Origin: Candidatus Saccharimonadota bacterium
GTDB taxonomy: Bacteria > Patescibacteriota > Saccharimonadia > Saccharimonadales > JAXHMH01
Reading direction: 5' to 3'
Assembly (NCBI GenBank): GCA_034521515.1
Contig: JAXHMH010000004.1
Span: forward strand, 485-64,484
DNA length: 64,000 bases
The position numbers and the translations under genes are program-made. Positions within the stretch are counted from its first letter, which is position 1; the number at the start of each line of letters is the position of its first letter. The notes beneath the pieces were generated by a model. It was not told the origin of the DNA and did not search any database. It was given only the letters and a program-made list of their open reading frames with translations. Of the stretch, positions 26,416-36,336 are shown in pieces.

Positions 26416-27432
26416 GTGAAGACGCGAGTAGCAATTAATGGATTTGGCCGGATCGGACGAAACGCCTTTAAGGTTGCGTTTGAACGGGCGGATATGGAAG
26501 TGGTCGCTATCAACGATTTAACGGACACGAAGACACTAGCACACTTATTGAAACACGACAGCAATTACGGAACTTATCAGCACGAAGTCGACTTTGACGA
26601 TAAGGGTATTATTGTCAAAGGAAAACATATAAACGTGTTGGCACAAAAAGATCCGGCCGTACTTCCTTGGGAAGAGTATAAAGTCGATGTGGTGATCGAA
26701 TCTACTGGGTTTTTCGTAAAACCCGAGCTTGCCAAAGCGCACATTGATGCCGGGGCAAAGAAGGTCGTCATAAGTGCACCAGCCAAGGGCGAGGGCGCAA
26801 CAACAATTGTGCTTGGCGTAAACGAGGATAAGCTCGAGACGGCTGAAGATGTTATTAGCAATGCTTCCTGTACCACCAACTGCATCACACCAGTTGCTGC
26901 AGTAATTGAAAACAATTTTGGCATAGATAAAGCCATGATGACTACAGTGCACAGCTATACCGCCAGCCAAAATTTGCAGGACGCTCCTTCTAAGGATTTG
27001 CGCACTGCTCGAAACGCTGCTGAAAATATCGTTCCTACCACAACCGGTGCATCAATTGCAGCCGGTAAAGCATTGCCAGCATTGGAAGGTATATTTGGCG
27101 GCATGAGCGTCCGCGTACCTACACCAGTTGTTTCGCTTAGTGATTTTGTGATTATTACTAAAAAACAGGTGACAGTCGAGGAAGTGAATGAGGCTTTCAA
27201 GAAAGCTGTCGAAGAGCCATATTATCAGGGGGTTCTAGCGGTTACTGAGGAAGAATTAGTCAGCAGTGATTTTATCGGCAATAGTCACTCTGCCATTGTT
27301 GATCTTAACCTGACTGCAGTTGTCGGTGACAATATGCTTAAAGTAGTTGCTTGGTATGACAACGAATGGGGTTACAGTAACCGTTTGGTAGAAGTTGTAG
27401 CTGACACCGGCCGCATGTTACATAAGAAGTAG
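26416..27432 (+). CDS. gap: Type I glyceraldehyde-3-phosphate dehydrogenase
   Basis: GTG start. Matches INGFGRIGR and the active site SNASCTTNC, then WYDNEWGYS. Confidence 0.95.
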   Translation: MKTRVAINGFGRIGRNAFKVAFERADMEVVAINDLTDTKTLAHLLKHDSNYGTYQHEVDFDDKGIIVKGKHINVLAQKDPAVLPWEEYKVDVVIESTGFFVKPELAKAHIDAGAKKVVISAPAKGEGATTIVLGVNEDKLETAEDVISNASCTTNCITPVAAVIENNFGIDKAMMTTVHSYTASQNLQDAPSKDLRTARNAAENIVPTTTGASIAAGKALPALEGIFGGMSVRVPTPVVSLSDFVIITKKQVTVEEVNEAFKKAVEEPYYQGVLAVTEEELVSSDFIGNSHSAIVDLNLTAVVGDNMLKVVAWYDNEWGYSNRLVEVVADTGRMLHKK

Positions 27433-27445
27433 AGTCATGAGATTA

Positions 27446-27546
27446 GAGACTAGAGATCAGGAAAAAGACAAGAAAATTCCCGGAAGACCAGCCGGATTCT
27501 CTAGACTCTTGTCTCCATTCTCTTGCCTCCAGCTTTCAGGAGGCAA
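27446..27546 (+). promoter_or_regulatory. Structured gap-rpiB intercistronic leader with an SD-sequestering hairpin
   Basis: - Long hairpin: CTAGAGA 27450-27456 pairs with TCTCTAG 27498-27504, extended by GAGA 27446-27449 / TCTC 27512-27515.
- Alternative 8-bp pairing: AGACAAGA 27466-27473 with TCTTGTCT 27507-27514.
- Terminal hairpin: TTGCCTCC 27523-27530 with GGAGGCAA 27539-27546. This buries the SD AGGAGG (27538-27543) ahead of the ATG at 27553. Confidence 0.45.
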
Positions 27547-27552
27547 AGCCTC

Positions 27553-27999
27553 ATGAAAATTTACGTGGGTGCCGATCACAATGGCTACAGATTAAAGGAA
27601 TTATTAGAGAAGCATTTAAACAGACTTGGGTATGATGTAGCCGACGATGGCGATAAAAAAATGGATCCGGCTGATGATTTTCCAGTTTTTGCACAGAAGG
27701 TTGTAAAAGATGTCCTTAGCGCTGACGACAAAGATGCCAGAGGTATATTACTGTGTGGCAGTGGACAGGGTATGTGTATGACGGCAAATCGCTTTAAGGG
27801 TATTCGGGCAGCTTTATTGTTTGACTATGAATCGGCTCGATCTTCACGGAATGACGACAACAGTAATATTGCTTGTTTGCCGGCTAATTCGTTAGAACCA
27901 GCAGAAGCTTTTGATATCTTGGAAACTTGGCTAAATACACCGTTTGAAGGTGCTAGACGGTTTGTCAGGCGTATTCAAGCGATGGATGAGATGAACTAA
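27553..27999 (+). CDS. rpiB: Ribose-5-phosphate isomerase B (RpiB/LacAB family)
   Basis: Matches MKIYVGADHNGY, GILLCGSGQGMCMTANR and the NxxC region. I prefer ATG at 27553, which has the SD, to the ORF-track start at 27523. Confidence 0.9.
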   Translation: MKIYVGADHNGYRLKELLEKHLNRLGYDVADDGDKKMDPADDFPVFAQKVVKDVLSADDKDARGILLCGSGQGMCMTANRFKGIRAALLFDYESARSSRNDDNSNIACLPANSLEPAEAFDILETWLNTPFEGARRFVRRIQAMDEMN

Positions 28000-28001
28000 C
28001 C

Positions 28002-28634
28002 ATGCCGATTATTTGTCCCGCAATACTAGCCGAAGAACCGCATGCCTTCCGAGAACAAATGGAGCGAGTTGCGCCGTTTGCTCAGCGTGTTCAAATAGAT
28101 TTGACAGATGGCGAGTTTGCCCCGAGCAGAACTGTGAATATTGAGAATGTTTGGTGGTTAAAAACGGTGATTGCTGATTTACACCTTATGTATAAAAAAC
28201 CAGCCTTAGTTTTAGATAAGGCAATCAGTCTACAGCCTCATATGATTATCCTGCATGCCGAATCAGAAGGAGATTTCGTAGACATGGCTGAGAAGCTGAG
28301 AGATCATCATATTAAGGCAGGCGTGGCTCTACTCCCTGAGACAGAGGTTTCAGATATTGAGCCATCATTGAGCGTAATCGATCATGTCATGATTTTTTCA
28401 GGTGATTTAGGCCGTTTTGGAGGTCAGCCTGACATGACGTTACTAAAAAAGGTGAAGTCACTCAAGAAACTTAAGCCAGAGCTAGAAATTGGCTGGGATG
28501 GTGGAGTAACAACTAAAAATATAAAACAACTTGTTGACGGCGGCATTGATGTGCTTAACGTCGGTGGGTTTATTCAACATGCCAATAACCCTGAACAAGC
28601 TTATGGTAAACTAGTAACAGTACTAGAAGCATGA
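28002..28634 (+). CDS. rpe: Ribulose-phosphate 3-epimerase family protein
   Basis: TIM-barrel epimerase pattern (ICPAILA, DLHLM, HAE, the GxDGG region WDGGV). The sequence is somewhat divergent. Confidence 0.75.
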   Translation: MPIICPAILAEEPHAFREQMERVAPFAQRVQIDLTDGEFAPSRTVNIENVWWLKTVIADLHLMYKKPALVLDKAISLQPHMIILHAESEGDFVDMAEKLRDHHIKAGVALLPETEVSDIEPSLSVIDHVMIFSGDLGRFGGQPDMTLLKKVKSLKKLKPELEIGWDGGVTTKNIKQLVDGGIDVLNVGGFIQHANNPEQAYGKLVTVLEA

Positions 28635-28644
28635 GAGATAGCGT

Positions 28645-29502
28645 ATGACACAAAAATTGACAATTTCCCAGCTTGAAAAAAAAGCGCTCGACGTCCGTAA
28701 AGACATTATAAGCATGCTCGAGCATGCTGGTAGTGGTCATAGTGCCGGACCGCTTGGGCTGGCAGATATATTTACTGCATTGTATTTTGACATCCTCAAG
28801 CACGATCCTAAAAAACCGGACTGGGATCAAAGGGATATATTGCTATTGAGTAATGGCCATTGCGTACCCGTACGCTACACTGTTATGGCGCATGCCGGGT
28901 ACTTTGATAAGAAGGAGCTTATGACGCTTCGTCAACTAGGGTCGCGGCTGCAAGGACATCCAGAACGTGAAAAATTGCCAGGCATGGAAAACACTAGCGG
29001 GCCATTAGGTTGCGGATTGAGTCAGGCTGCAGGTATGGCACTTGCCATGCGTATGAATCAAGAGCATCATCGTTGGTTGTATGTTGTGATGGGTGATGGC
29101 GAGCTAGACGAAGGTAATATATGGGAAGCGGCTATGCTGGCTGCTAAATATCGGTTGAATAATATTATCGGAATTATTGATCGGAACAACATTCAGATCG
29201 ACGGGCCGACAGAAAACATTATGCCGCTTGAGGAGCTGAAGGCTAAGTGGGAAGCTTTTGGTTGGCATGTAATTGAGATTGACGGGAACAACATAGAGAT
29301 GGTGATTGATGCGTGTGCTATGGGAAGGGCTGTGGTTGAACAACCAGTAATGATTATCGCGCACACGGTGCCTGGTAAGGGCGTCGGTTTTATGGAATAT
29401 GATTTTCACTGGCATGGTGCGCCGCCAAATCACGAACAAGCGGTTACTGCGCTGAAAGAACTGCGTACACTAAAAGGGAAAATTAGGGGTGAACATGAGT
29501 AG
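28645..29502 (+). CDS. Transketolase, N-terminal (TPP pyrophosphate-binding) subunit
   Basis: Matches GSGHSAGPLG, GHPE and GDGELDEGNIWEA. 285 aa, consistent with the split-gene form. Confidence 0.9.
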   Translation: MTQKLTISQLEKKALDVRKDIISMLEHAGSGHSAGPLGLADIFTALYFDILKHDPKKPDWDQRDILLLSNGHCVPVRYTVMAHAGYFDKKELMTLRQLGSRLQGHPEREKLPGMENTSGPLGCGLSQAAGMALAMRMNQEHHRWLYVVMGDGELDEGNIWEAAMLAAKYRLNNIIGIIDRNNIQIDGPTENIMPLEELKAKWEAFGWHVIEIDGNNIEMVIDACAMGRAVVEQPVMIIAHTVPGKGVGFMEYDFHWHGAPPNHEQAVTALKELRTLKGKIRGEHE

Positions 29503-29510
29503 TCGCTCGC

Positions 29511-29596
29511 ATACACGAAATTATGTGCGCTTTTCTGCCGGGAAATCGCTGAAGTCGATTTCTCGGAGAGCGCTAGCAACCCATAATTTCGTTGTA
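29511..29596. repeat. Rod-like imperfect inverted repeat inside the tkt-N/tkt-C spacer
   Basis: The outer 11-bp perfect pairing is ACGAAATTATG 29515-29525 with CATAATTTCGT 29582-29592. Inner pairings are GCGC 29527-29530/29570-29573 and an 11-bp stem 29538-29548/29556-29566. The direct heptamer CGCTCGC occurs on both flanks (29504-29510 and 29598-29604). Confidence 0.6.
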
Positions 29597-29717
29597 CGCT
29601 CGCTTGCTCAAAATACAAGGCGTGCGTTTCGCGCAGGTAGTCTTGCGACTACACTGGCTGCACTACACTGGATCCACTTTTTTGACAGTAACTCGCTTAG
29701 ACAGAATGGGGTGTGTA

Positions 29718-30689
29718 ATGTCTGATTTGCACTTATGCGATATAAGTAAAGAGCTTGAGAATGAGCCAATTCGCAAGGGATTTGGACGTGGCCTTAAACG
29801 AGCAGCCCAAATTGATGAGCACGTAGTTGCAGCCTGTGCCGATTTGACTGAATCTACCCAGATGCACTTGTTTCGCGACGCGTTCCCCAATCGGTTTATC
29901 GAAGTTGGTGTCGCTGAACAGAATCTTGTGACAGTTGGATCAGGTCTTGCAGCAATGGGGAAAGTCCCGTTCGTAAGCAGTTACGCGGCTTTTAGCCCCG
30001 GCAGGAACTGGGAGCAAATCAGAACGACAATTTGCTTGAATAATCAGCCGGTAAATATTGTTGGTTCGCATGCTGGAGTATCGGTGGGACCCGACGGAGC
30101 GACCCATCAAATGCTTGAGGATATAGCATTGATGCGAGTGCTGCCAAATATGGTGGTTGTGTCGCCGGCTGATAGCGTAGAAGCCGAAAAGGCAACTTTA
30201 GCGCTGGCTGCTGACAAGCGACCGTCGTATCTCCGTTTGGCTCGTGAAGCAACACCAATTATCACCACCGAGAAAACTCCTTTTACTCTTGGTAAGGCGT
30301 ATGTCATGGCACAAGGTAACGACCTGACAATCATAGCCACCGGTACAATGACGTACCAGTCATTAGCTGCCGCCGAAAAACTGTTTAAAGACGGTATTGA
30401 CGTTGAAGTTATTCATGTACCGACTATTAAGCCTCTTGATGAAAAGACTATTATAAAAAGTATTAAAAAAACCGGACACGTAATAACAGCTGAAGAAGCG
30501 CAAATCAATGGTGGGCTGGGTGGAGCTATTGCAGAGTTTGTTGGCGAAAATCATCCGGTACCACTTAAAAGGCTGGGTATGAAAGATCGTTTTGGGGAAT
30601 CCGGTAAACCCGATGAGTTGCTGGAACATTTCGGACTAACCGCGAAACATATACGATTTGCAGCCCACCAAATGTTGGATGAAAAATAA
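29718..30689 (+). CDS. Transketolase, C-terminal (pyrimidine-binding plus C-terminal domain) subunit
   Basis: Starts at MSDLHL... Matches FIEVGVAEQNLV, GPDGATHQ and the C-terminal domain. The 42-aa N-terminal extension in the ORF track (29592) covers the structured spacer, so I reject it. Confidence 0.9.
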   Translation: MSDLHLCDISKELENEPIRKGFGRGLKRAAQIDEHVVAACADLTESTQMHLFRDAFPNRFIEVGVAEQNLVTVGSGLAAMGKVPFVSSYAAFSPGRNWEQIRTTICLNNQPVNIVGSHAGVSVGPDGATHQMLEDIALMRVLPNMVVVSPADSVEAEKATLALAADKRPSYLRLAREATPIITTEKTPFTLGKAYVMAQGNDLTIIATGTMTYQSLAAAEKLFKDGIDVEVIHVPTIKPLDEKTIIKSIKKTGHVITAEEAQINGGLGGAIAEFVGENHPVPLKRLGMKDRFGESGKPDELLEHFGLTAKHIRFAAHQMLDEK

Positions 30690-30706
30690 CTAAAGGGGAT
30701 ATCTGT

Positions 30707-31621
30707 ATGCCATTATCACTAAATCAGATGCGCGAAAATTGTCAAAATGCTAGAGCAGCAATGAACCGCGCTCGAGAAGGAAAATATGCGCTCGGCGCGT
30801 TTAATTTGGATAACCAAGAGACGCTCAAAGCGGTTGTTAAAGCGGCTAAAGTTAAGAACGCACCGGTTTTAGTGGAAGTAAGCAATAGCGAGGTTGAGTC
30901 ACTTGGTCTTGAGAATGTTCGCGATATGGTGGATAACTATAAACATGAGTACGGTGTGGAAATCTACGTAAATCTTGATCATAGTCCGACTGTTGCTGCG
31001 GCAATTGCTGGCATAGAGGCCGGCTTTGAATTTATTCACATTGATATATCGCAAGCTCGCAAGGATGCGGCAATCGATGAAATTATTACTGAAACCAAAC
31101 AGATTGTTGACTATGCTAAGTTAACTGGTGCGTTAGTGGAGAGTGAGCCGCATTACTTTGGTGGAAGCTCCAACCTGCATACCGAAAAGATTAACTACAA
31201 AGAGATAAAAGAGACATTCAGTACACCCGAAGGGGCAAAAGCTTTCGTCGACGCGACCGGTATTGATACGTTTGCGGCGGCAGTGGGAAATTTGCACGGG
31301 AAGTATCCAGTACCTAAAAAGCTCGATCTAGACTTGCTTAAAGAGATTAGGGGGGCTATTGATTGCAATATTTCGCTACATGGTGGAAGCGGCACGCCTG
31401 GGCATTATTTTATTGACGCGGTAAAAATAGGTGTCAGTAAGGTTAATATAAACTCGGATATGCGTATTGCTTATCGCAAGACACTAGAACGCGTGTTAGA
31501 GGATAATCCGACAGAGTTCGCGGTTATAAAGTTGATGGATAAAGTTATAGATGCCGTACAGGCAGTTGTGGAAGAAAAAATCGATATGTTTAACGCAAGC
31601 GGCAAGGCTGTGATAGACTAG
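30707..31621 (+). CDS. fba: Class II fructose-bisphosphate aldolase
   Basis: Matches YALGAFN, NLDHS, HGGSG and the ketose-bisphosphate aldolase class II pattern. Confidence 0.9.
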   Translation: MPLSLNQMRENCQNARAAMNRAREGKYALGAFNLDNQETLKAVVKAAKVKNAPVLVEVSNSEVESLGLENVRDMVDNYKHEYGVEIYVNLDHSPTVAAAIAGIEAGFEFIHIDISQARKDAAIDEIITETKQIVDYAKLTGALVESEPHYFGGSSNLHTEKINYKEIKETFSTPEGAKAFVDATGIDTFAAAVGNLHGKYPVPKKLDLDLLKEIRGAIDCNISLHGGSGTPGHYFIDAVKIGVSKVNINSDMRIAYRKTLERVLEDNPTEFAVIKLMDKVIDAVQAVVEEKIDMFNASGKAVID

Positions 31622-31653
31622 GCTTAAATATGAAAAGGTGGGTATAAAACAAA

Positions 31654-32652
31654 ATGAGTCAATTTGACATTATCAGTGTGGGTGACATCGTTACAGACGC
31701 TTTTATTAAGCTATTGGACGATCAGGCGGCATCGTACAAAAATGAACACGGCAAGTGGTTAGCTATGCCATTTGGTAGCAAGCTGCCGTTTGATCATGCT
31801 GACATTATCCAGGCGGTCGGTAATGCACCAAATGCGTCGGTTGGTTTTTCTCGTCTTGGACTGAAAAGTGGTTTGGTGTCTAACGTCGGGGGCGACCAGG
31901 CAGGTCGGGATATGATTGCAAAACTTACTTCAGAAAAAGTAGATCACAGATTTGTCAGAGTCAACCCAGATATGGATAGCAACTATCACTACATACTTTG
32001 GTATAAAGAAGAACGAACTATTTTGATCAAACACGAGGAGTATGACTACCATTGGCCTCAATTTAAGTCAGATGAAACTCCGGAATGGATATACTTTAGC
32101 TCAATCAGCCGTAATGCACTTGTTATGCATGACACCATTGCTGAATGGCTTGAGCAAAATCCTGACGTCAAGATGGCATTTCAACCAGGTACGTTTCAGA
32201 TTGAGATGGGTGCGGGTAGGCTAGCTAACCTATATGCCAAAACTGCGGTACTACTTTTAAATCGTGAAGAAGCGGTTATCGTTTCTGGTGGAAACTATGA
32301 TGACATTCATGATTTATTTGATCGGTTACACCAACTTGGCCCGCAGGTGGTTGTGATAACTGATGGCCCAGATGGTGCCTACGCCAGCGATGGCGAAGAG
32401 CGATATAAAATGCCGGCTTACCCGGATCCAGCACCGCCACTTGAGCGCACCGGTGCCGGTGATGCGTTTTCTTCGGCATTTGTAGCGGCGCTTGTAAAAG
32501 GTAATAACATTGAGGGTGCACTGCAGTGGGCTCCGATAAACTCTATGAACGTTGTGCAACACGTTGGAGCGCAGGAAGGGTTATTGAGCGAAGACAAGGT
32601 TGAGGAACTATTACAAAGAGCACCTGACTGGTATAAACCTCAAAAGATGTAG
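31654..32652 (+). CDS. PfkB-family carbohydrate kinase
   Basis: The ribokinase-like fold has the C-terminal motif TGAGDAFSSAFVAAL. Substrate is unknown. Confidence 0.8.
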   Translation: MSQFDIISVGDIVTDAFIKLLDDQAASYKNEHGKWLAMPFGSKLPFDHADIIQAVGNAPNASVGFSRLGLKSGLVSNVGGDQAGRDMIAKLTSEKVDHRFVRVNPDMDSNYHYILWYKEERTILIKHEEYDYHWPQFKSDETPEWIYFSSISRNALVMHDTIAEWLEQNPDVKMAFQPGTFQIEMGAGRLANLYAKTAVLLLNREEAVIVSGGNYDDIHDLFDRLHQLGPQVVVITDGPDGAYASDGEERYKMPAYPDPAPPLERTGAGDAFSSAFVAALVKGNNIEGALQWAPINSMNVVQHVGAQEGLLSEDKVEELLQRAPDWYKPQKM

Positions 32653-32714
32653 CCGTGAGCTGGTTATCCTTTGGTTACGGATTAATAATTCTTATGCTAA
32701 TCTAGGTAGTAAGT

Positions 32715-33962
32715 ATGTGCCGCATGATTTCTGAATTATTAGACGCCAAGGAGCCGATGTTTAAGTCGGCTTTATCACAGCTTGAACAAGCTACAGGAAA
32801 CCAAAGTGTTGATGTTCGTCTGACAGCGGAGATTCTCGGAAAAGCACATTTACAGATGAAAAAACTGGGTCTCGATCCGAAGGACACGACCGGTAGAGAG
32901 TTATATCAAGCATTGCTTTCTATGGTGAAAAAACATGACGAATTTTTGGCAAAAACAATTGGCGGTAGCGATCCTACCGATGTGCAGGATTTGCTTCCAC
33001 GATTAAAAAAGGCCGTAGAAAAAACAAAACAACCCAAAAAAGTGTGGGTTTTAAAAACAAGCGTCGCCAAGCGTTTGTTACGAAGCTCGCCGCCAAAACG
33101 TGTTATGGAACAGCTGGGGTATAAATCGGTTGATTCTATGATCAAACGTGAGCCAATTATGGAAATTTATGGGGCGTTAAGGTTTGCAGAAGATCCAGAT
33201 TGGCTTAATCGGTTCCTTGGTAAATATACCCAATTAAGCCCAAGTGATTTTGAGGTTCGTGATATTCAGATCGTTGTCATGGATTCAAAAAAGTGGGGTT
33301 CTATTGCCGAGTCTTTTGTACGTAAGAAGCGGCACAACCTTACGCATCTCAAAGAGCTTGGTGTTATTTTAATGCTACCAATGCCAATCCGTCACATGAA
33401 AGGCATTACTATTACTGCTTTGCCTCTACTGTTGCATTATATGAATGAAATTAGATTGTACAGTGCTTTTTTTAAGATGCAGCAGGTCAAACCGGATTTT
33501 GGCGAAATTCTAGTCGACACACTAATAGCCGATCCTGATCACCATGCTGTTATGGCCGGCCACAAAATACACTGGCGAGTTATACAGAGGTATTTTGGTA
33601 AGTTAAAGCATGAACATCACCCGGAAATTTTTGAGCCGCATGTTCAACCTGAAGATTTGCATTGGCGAAAGGCAGAGGAAGTGCTGTATGAGATGGAGCC
33701 AGCACTTCATTTTTGGTATGACATGGATTACGTCGCCGTCATGAAAGATGGACAGCCGATGAGCTTTAGCCTTATGGACGTCGCCATCAGCTATGTGAAC
33801 AACCTGCCGTATGAGGAACGTGCTATTTATCATATGCGAGAGTCGTTGTGGAATGAAATATTTATCAGGTATCTTGGACAAGAGGCGCTTGAATCACAAG
33901 TTCTAAAACAATTGGATAACGAAATGATTGATCCTGATGCTCTTGTAATGCAAGCCCGCTAA
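32715..33962 (+). CDS. Hypothetical protein (415 aa), no recognised family
   Basis: Long clean ORF with ordinary composition and several His-rich patches (HEHHPEIFEPH). It is the last gene of the co-oriented sugar-phosphate block. Confidence 0.6.
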   Translation: MCRMISELLDAKEPMFKSALSQLEQATGNQSVDVRLTAEILGKAHLQMKKLGLDPKDTTGRELYQALLSMVKKHDEFLAKTIGGSDPTDVQDLLPRLKKAVEKTKQPKKVWVLKTSVAKRLLRSSPPKRVMEQLGYKSVDSMIKREPIMEIYGALRFAEDPDWLNRFLGKYTQLSPSDFEVRDIQIVVMDSKKWGSIAESFVRKKRHNLTHLKELGVILMLPMPIRHMKGITITALPLLLHYMNEIRLYSAFFKMQQVKPDFGEILVDTLIADPDHHAVMAGHKIHWRVIQRYFGKLKHEHHPEIFEPHVQPEDLHWRKAEEVLYEMEPALHFWYDMDYVAVMKDGQPMSFSLMDVAISYVNNLPYEERAIYHMRESLWNEIFIRYLGQEALESQVLKQLDNEMIDPDALVMQAR

Positions 33963-34006
33963 CCGCAAAAGACGTAACTGGCTTGTGCAAGGGCTTTTTG
34001 TTTTCT

Positions 34007-34015
34007 TGATACAAT
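34007..34015 (+). promoter_or_regulatory. Extended -10 TGaTACAAT, 6 nt upstream of the uvrB ATG (leaderless-type)
   Basis: tcTTGaTACAATataacgATG. Confidence 0.5.
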
Positions 34016-34021
34016 ATAACG

Positions 34022-35986
34022 ATGGGCAAGTTTGCAATACAATCTAGCTACAAACCGACAGGTGATCAACCACAAGCGATTGCATCACTTACGGATAAGC
34101 TAAAAAGTAACACAAAAGAGCAGGTTTTACTTGGCGTAACCGGTTCCGGAAAAACGTTCACCATGGCTAATGTTATTCAAAATGTCAAAAGACCGACACT
34201 GGTTTTGAGTCATAATAAGACATTAGCCGCACAACTTTACAACGAGTTTAAAGCGTTTTTCCCAGATAACGCTGTGCACTACTTTGTTAGTTACTTTGAT
34301 TATTACCAACCAGAGGCCTATATACCGCGCAGTGACACCTATATTGAAAAAGATAGTCAAATTAACGAAGAGATTGACCGGCTTAGACACGCTGCGACTG
34401 ATGCATTATTATCTCGACAAGACGTCATAATTGTTGCGAGCGTCAGTTGTATATACGGCATTGGCTCGGTTGAAGATTACGGCGGTTTGTCTATTGAGGT
34501 TAAACGAGGCTCGCGGCGAGTTCGTGACAAACTGTTGCGACAGTTAACAGACATCCAATACCAGCGGAACGATATCGATTTCCATCGTGGGACATTTCGG
34601 GTTCGCGGCGATGTAGTAGACGTGTTTCCGGCCGGTGAAGAAGTGGCGTACCGGATTGAATTTTTTGGAGATGAAATAGAGCGTATCACCAGACTTGATC
34701 CGCTGACCGGTGAACTACTTGCAAGCTTGGAAGACTTAAAAATATTTCCCGGCTCCCACTACGTAACCCCGCACGATAAATTGAAAGTCGCGCTTGGTAA
34801 GATTGAGCACGAGCTTGATGAGCGACTTCGTTATTTCAAGAATAACGGGCAGTTATTGGAGGCACAACGCTTACAGCAGCGTACTCGCTTTGATATTGAA
34901 ATGTTAGAAGAGACAGGTTTTGTAAAGGGTATTGAAAATTACAGTCGATATCTCACGAACCGCGAGCCGGGTGAGCAGCCGGCTACATTGCTCGATTATT
35001 TTCCGGATGACTACTTAATGTTTATTGATGAATCGCATATGACGATACCGCAAATCCGCGGCATGTACAATGGTGATCGAGCTCGAAAAGAAGTGTTGGT
35101 TGAGCATGGTTTTCGGCTGCCAAGTGCGCTCGATAATCGGCCGCTTACGTTTACCGAATTCGAAAAGCATAAGAACCAAGTGGTGTATGTGAGCGCAACG
35201 CCCGCAGACTACGAATTGCAAAGAAGTCCAACACCTGTTCAGCAGGTAATACGCCCAACGGGGCTCACCGATCCGGTAATCGATGTACGGCCTACCGAGG
35301 GGCAAGTTGACAACTTGATTGATGAGATTAGAAGTACTGTCTCCAAACGACAACGGGTTCTAGTTACGACTCTTACAAAACGTATGGCAGAAGATCTAAC
35401 TGAGTATCTGCAGGATATACAGATAAAAGTAACTTACCTTCATAGTGATATTGATACACTGGAACGTACCGATATTTTGCGAGATTTACGGCTAGGTACT
35501 TATGATGTTGTGGTCGGCATAAACCTTTTGAGGGAGGGTCTAGATTTGCCAGAAGTAAGTCTGGTGGCTATTTTAGATGCCGACAAGGAAGGCTTTTTAC
35601 GCAGCGAACAAGCCCTCATTCAGACGGTCGGCCGTGCTGCTCGCCACATTGAAGGCCGGGTGATTATGTACGCCGACTCAATAACTAAAAGCATGAGGCA
35701 AACAATAGACGAAACTGACAGACGGCGGGCGATCCAGGAAGCCCACAATAAAAAGCATGGCATCACGCCTAAAGGAATCGCTAAAGCCGTTGGCGAAGGT
35801 ATGCGTCCGGAGTTACCAGAGGAAGCAAAGAAGGCTAAGCTCGACCTGAAAAAGATACCAAAAGATGAGTACAGTCATCTAATAAAAGACTTAACTGCTC
35901 AGATGGATTTGGCGGCAGCAAACCTAGAATTTGAAAAAGCTGCCGAACTTCGGGACATCGTGGACGATATAAAACAGAAGCTATGA
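34022..35986 (+). CDS. uvrB: Excinuclease ABC subunit B
   Basis: Matches [14 protein letters not shown], helicase motifs and a C-terminal UVR domain ([11 protein letters not shown]). Confidence 0.97.
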   Translation: MGKFAIQSSYKPTGDQPQAIASLTDKLKSNTKEQVLLGVTGSGKTFTMANVIQNVKRPTLVLSHNKTLAAQLYNEFKAFFPDNAVHYFVSYFDYYQPEAYIPRSDTYIEKDSQINEEIDRLRHAATDALLSRQDVIIVASVSCIYGIGSVEDYGGLSIEVKRGSRRVRDKLLRQLTDIQYQRNDIDFHRGTFRVRGDVVDVFPAGEEVAYRIEFFGDEIERITRLDPLTGELLASLEDLKIFPGSHYVTPHDKLKVALGKIEHELDERLRYFKNNGQLLEAQRLQQRTRFDIEMLEETGFVKGIENYSRYLTNREPGEQPATLLDYFPDDYLMFIDESHMTIPQIRGMYNGDRARKEVLVEHGFRLPSALDNRPLTFTEFEKHKNQVVYVSATPADYELQRSPTPVQQVIRPTGLTDPVIDVRPTEGQVDNLIDEIRSTVSKRQRVLVTTLTKRMAEDLTEYLQDIQIKVTYLHSDIDTLERTDILRDLRLGTYDVVVGINLLREGLDLPEVSLVAILDADKEGFLRSEQALIQTVGRAARHIEGRVIMYADSITKSMRQTIDETDRRRAIQEAHNKKHGITPKGIAKAVGEGMRPELPEEAKKAKLDLKKIPKDEYSHLIKDLTAQMDLAAANLEFEKAAELRDIVDDIKQKL

Positions 35987-36029
35987 AGGGAGCCGCTTTA
36001 AATCATGGATTTATATCTTTGGTAGGCGG

Positions 36030-36038
36030 TGTTATACT
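36030..36038 (+). promoter_or_regulatory. Extended -10 TGtTATACT, 7 nt upstream of the gatC ATG (leaderless-type)
   Basis: gcggTGtTATACTagtctaaATG. Confidence 0.5.
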
Positions 36039-36045
36039 AGTCTAA

Positions 36046-36336
36046 ATGGCGAAACTTACTGACGAAGATGTCTTAAAATTGGCTCAGCTTTCACGGTTAC
36101 GGTTATCACTTGATGACGTGCAGCGTTTTAAGAGTGAAATATCTACAATATTAAGTTACGTTGAACAGTTAAAATCGGTTGATCTTGACGATCTACCTCC
36201 GACTGATCAAGTTACTGGCCTCAAGAACGTAACACGACCAGATGTTGTGCGTGACTATAAGGTGGCACCAGAGCAGCTACTAGAAAATGCACCGGCACTT
36301 GAAAAAGGCCAGATTAAAGTAAGGAAAGTACTATGA
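36046..36336 (+). CDS. gatC: Asp/Glu-tRNA amidotransferase subunit C
   Basis: 96 aa with LAQLSRLRL...L..IL.YVEQL, overlapping the gatA start by 4 nt. Confidence 0.9.
   Translation: MAKLTDEDVLKLAQLSRLRLSLDDVQRFKSEISTILSYVEQLKSVDLDDLPPTDQVTGLKNVTRPDVVRDYKVAPEQLLENAPALEKGQIKVRKVL

Noticed and set aside
29592-29717. 42-aa N-terminal extension of the transketolase C-terminal subunit in the ORF track.
   Set aside because: The extension starts at a TTG inside the inverted-repeat element and has no transketolase similarity. The conserved protein begins at ATG 29718.
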